From the NCBI GenBank assembly GCA_038087875.1, contig JAXLNO010004019.1:1-64000 (forward strand): a stretch of DNA of 64,000 bases. Reading direction: 5' to 3'. Shown piece by piece: positions 63,086-64,000 of the stretch (position 1 is its first letter; each line of letters opens with the position of its first letter). The stretch comes from Malacoraja senta (lineage: Eukaryota). The notes under the pieces were generated by a model. It was not told the origin of the DNA, searched no databases, and was given only the letters and a program-made list of their open reading frames with translations. The position numbers were made by a program, and so were the translations under genes.

Positions 63086-64000
63086 GCTGCCTATAATTAT
63101 TGTAGATCTCTCTCTTTTTCCGAACTAAGTGTTCAATTTCCCTTGAAAACCATGGCTCTTTCCAATTTTTACTATTTCCTTTCAACCGAACAGGGACATA
63201 ATGATTCTGTACTCTTAAAATTTCACCTTTAAATGTCCTCCATTTCTCTTCCACATCTTTCCCATAAAACAAACTGTCCCAATTTACTCCTTTTAAATCC
63301 TTTCGCATCTCCTCAAAGTTAGCCTTTCTCCAATCAAAAATCTCAACCCTAGGTCCAGTTCTGACCCTCTCCATAATTATATTGAAACTAATGGTATTGT
63401 GATCACTGGTCCCGAACTGTTCCCCAACGCATACCTCTGCCACCTGACCCGTCTCATTTCCTAACAGGAGGTCCAGCACCGCCCCTTCACTAGTAGGTAC
63501 TTCTATGTATTGCTGCAAAAAACTATCCTGCACACATTTTACAAACTCCAACCCATCCAGCCCATTTACAGAATGTGTTTCCCAGTCTATGTGTGGAAAA
63601 TTGAAATCTCCCCCAATCACTACCTTGTGCTTACTACTAATATCTGCAATCTCCTTACATATTTGCTCCTTCAATTCTCGCTCCCCATTTGGCGGTCTAT
63701 AATACACCCCTATGAGTGTTGCTACCCCTTTCCCATTTCTCAGTTCCACCCAAATAGCCTCCTTAGAAGAGCCCTCTAATCTATCCTGCCAAAGCACTGC
63801 TGTAATATCTTCCCTGATAAGCAATGCAACACCTCCACCTCTTGCCCCTCCAATTCTATCACACCTGCAGCAACGAAATCCTGGAATATTTAGTTTCCAA
63901 TCACAGCCCTCCTGCAACCATGTTTCACTGATCGCCACAACATCATACTTCCAGGTGTCAATCCAGGCTTTAAGTTCATCCACCTTTCTTACAATGCTCC
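63086..64000 (-). mobile_element. Second CR1 endonuclease segment fused in tandem upstream
   Basis: ORF 63063-63983 parallels 62020-62904 with several diagnostic differences; joins the ORF1-end sequence AACGGTTGGGGG at ~63085. Confidence 0.85.

Overview
Repeat-dense eukaryotic genomic DNA from a cartilaginous fish (probably a skate or ray; inferred from IgW-type segments and the repeat families). It is a decayed immunoglobulin heavy-chain cluster region, roughly 85-90% transposable elements, with no intact host protein-coding gene. Ig content: a germline-joined, D-less, frameshifted IgW-type leader-V-J pseudogene on the minus strand (6712-7189), with a near full-length Tx1-type LINE inserted 33 nt upstream of its ATG; an orphan IgW-type constant exon on the opposite strand (~16899-17219); and a possible second degenerate C exon. 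The right half is one L1 (34084-~60080) split by nested insertions: an epsilon-like ERV provirus (35297-45382; ~99% identical LTRs, 5-bp TSD, tRNA-Pro PBS), a second L1, a rearranged CR1 and a TIR element. The provirus is the most unusual object. It carries two different integrase C-termini, and its 5' half plus a captured CR1 fragment show heavy C:G-focused, strand-skewed mutation that must predate the young LTR pair. Also present are CR1, Rex1/Babar and Harbinger remnants, palindromic short repeats with hammerhead-ribozyme cores, a twice-occurring composite TIR element with 5-bp TSDs, an orphan ZNF143/YY1-type promoter and a 329-bp N gap. All alignments and counts were done by eye; family names come from recalled motifs, not database searches.
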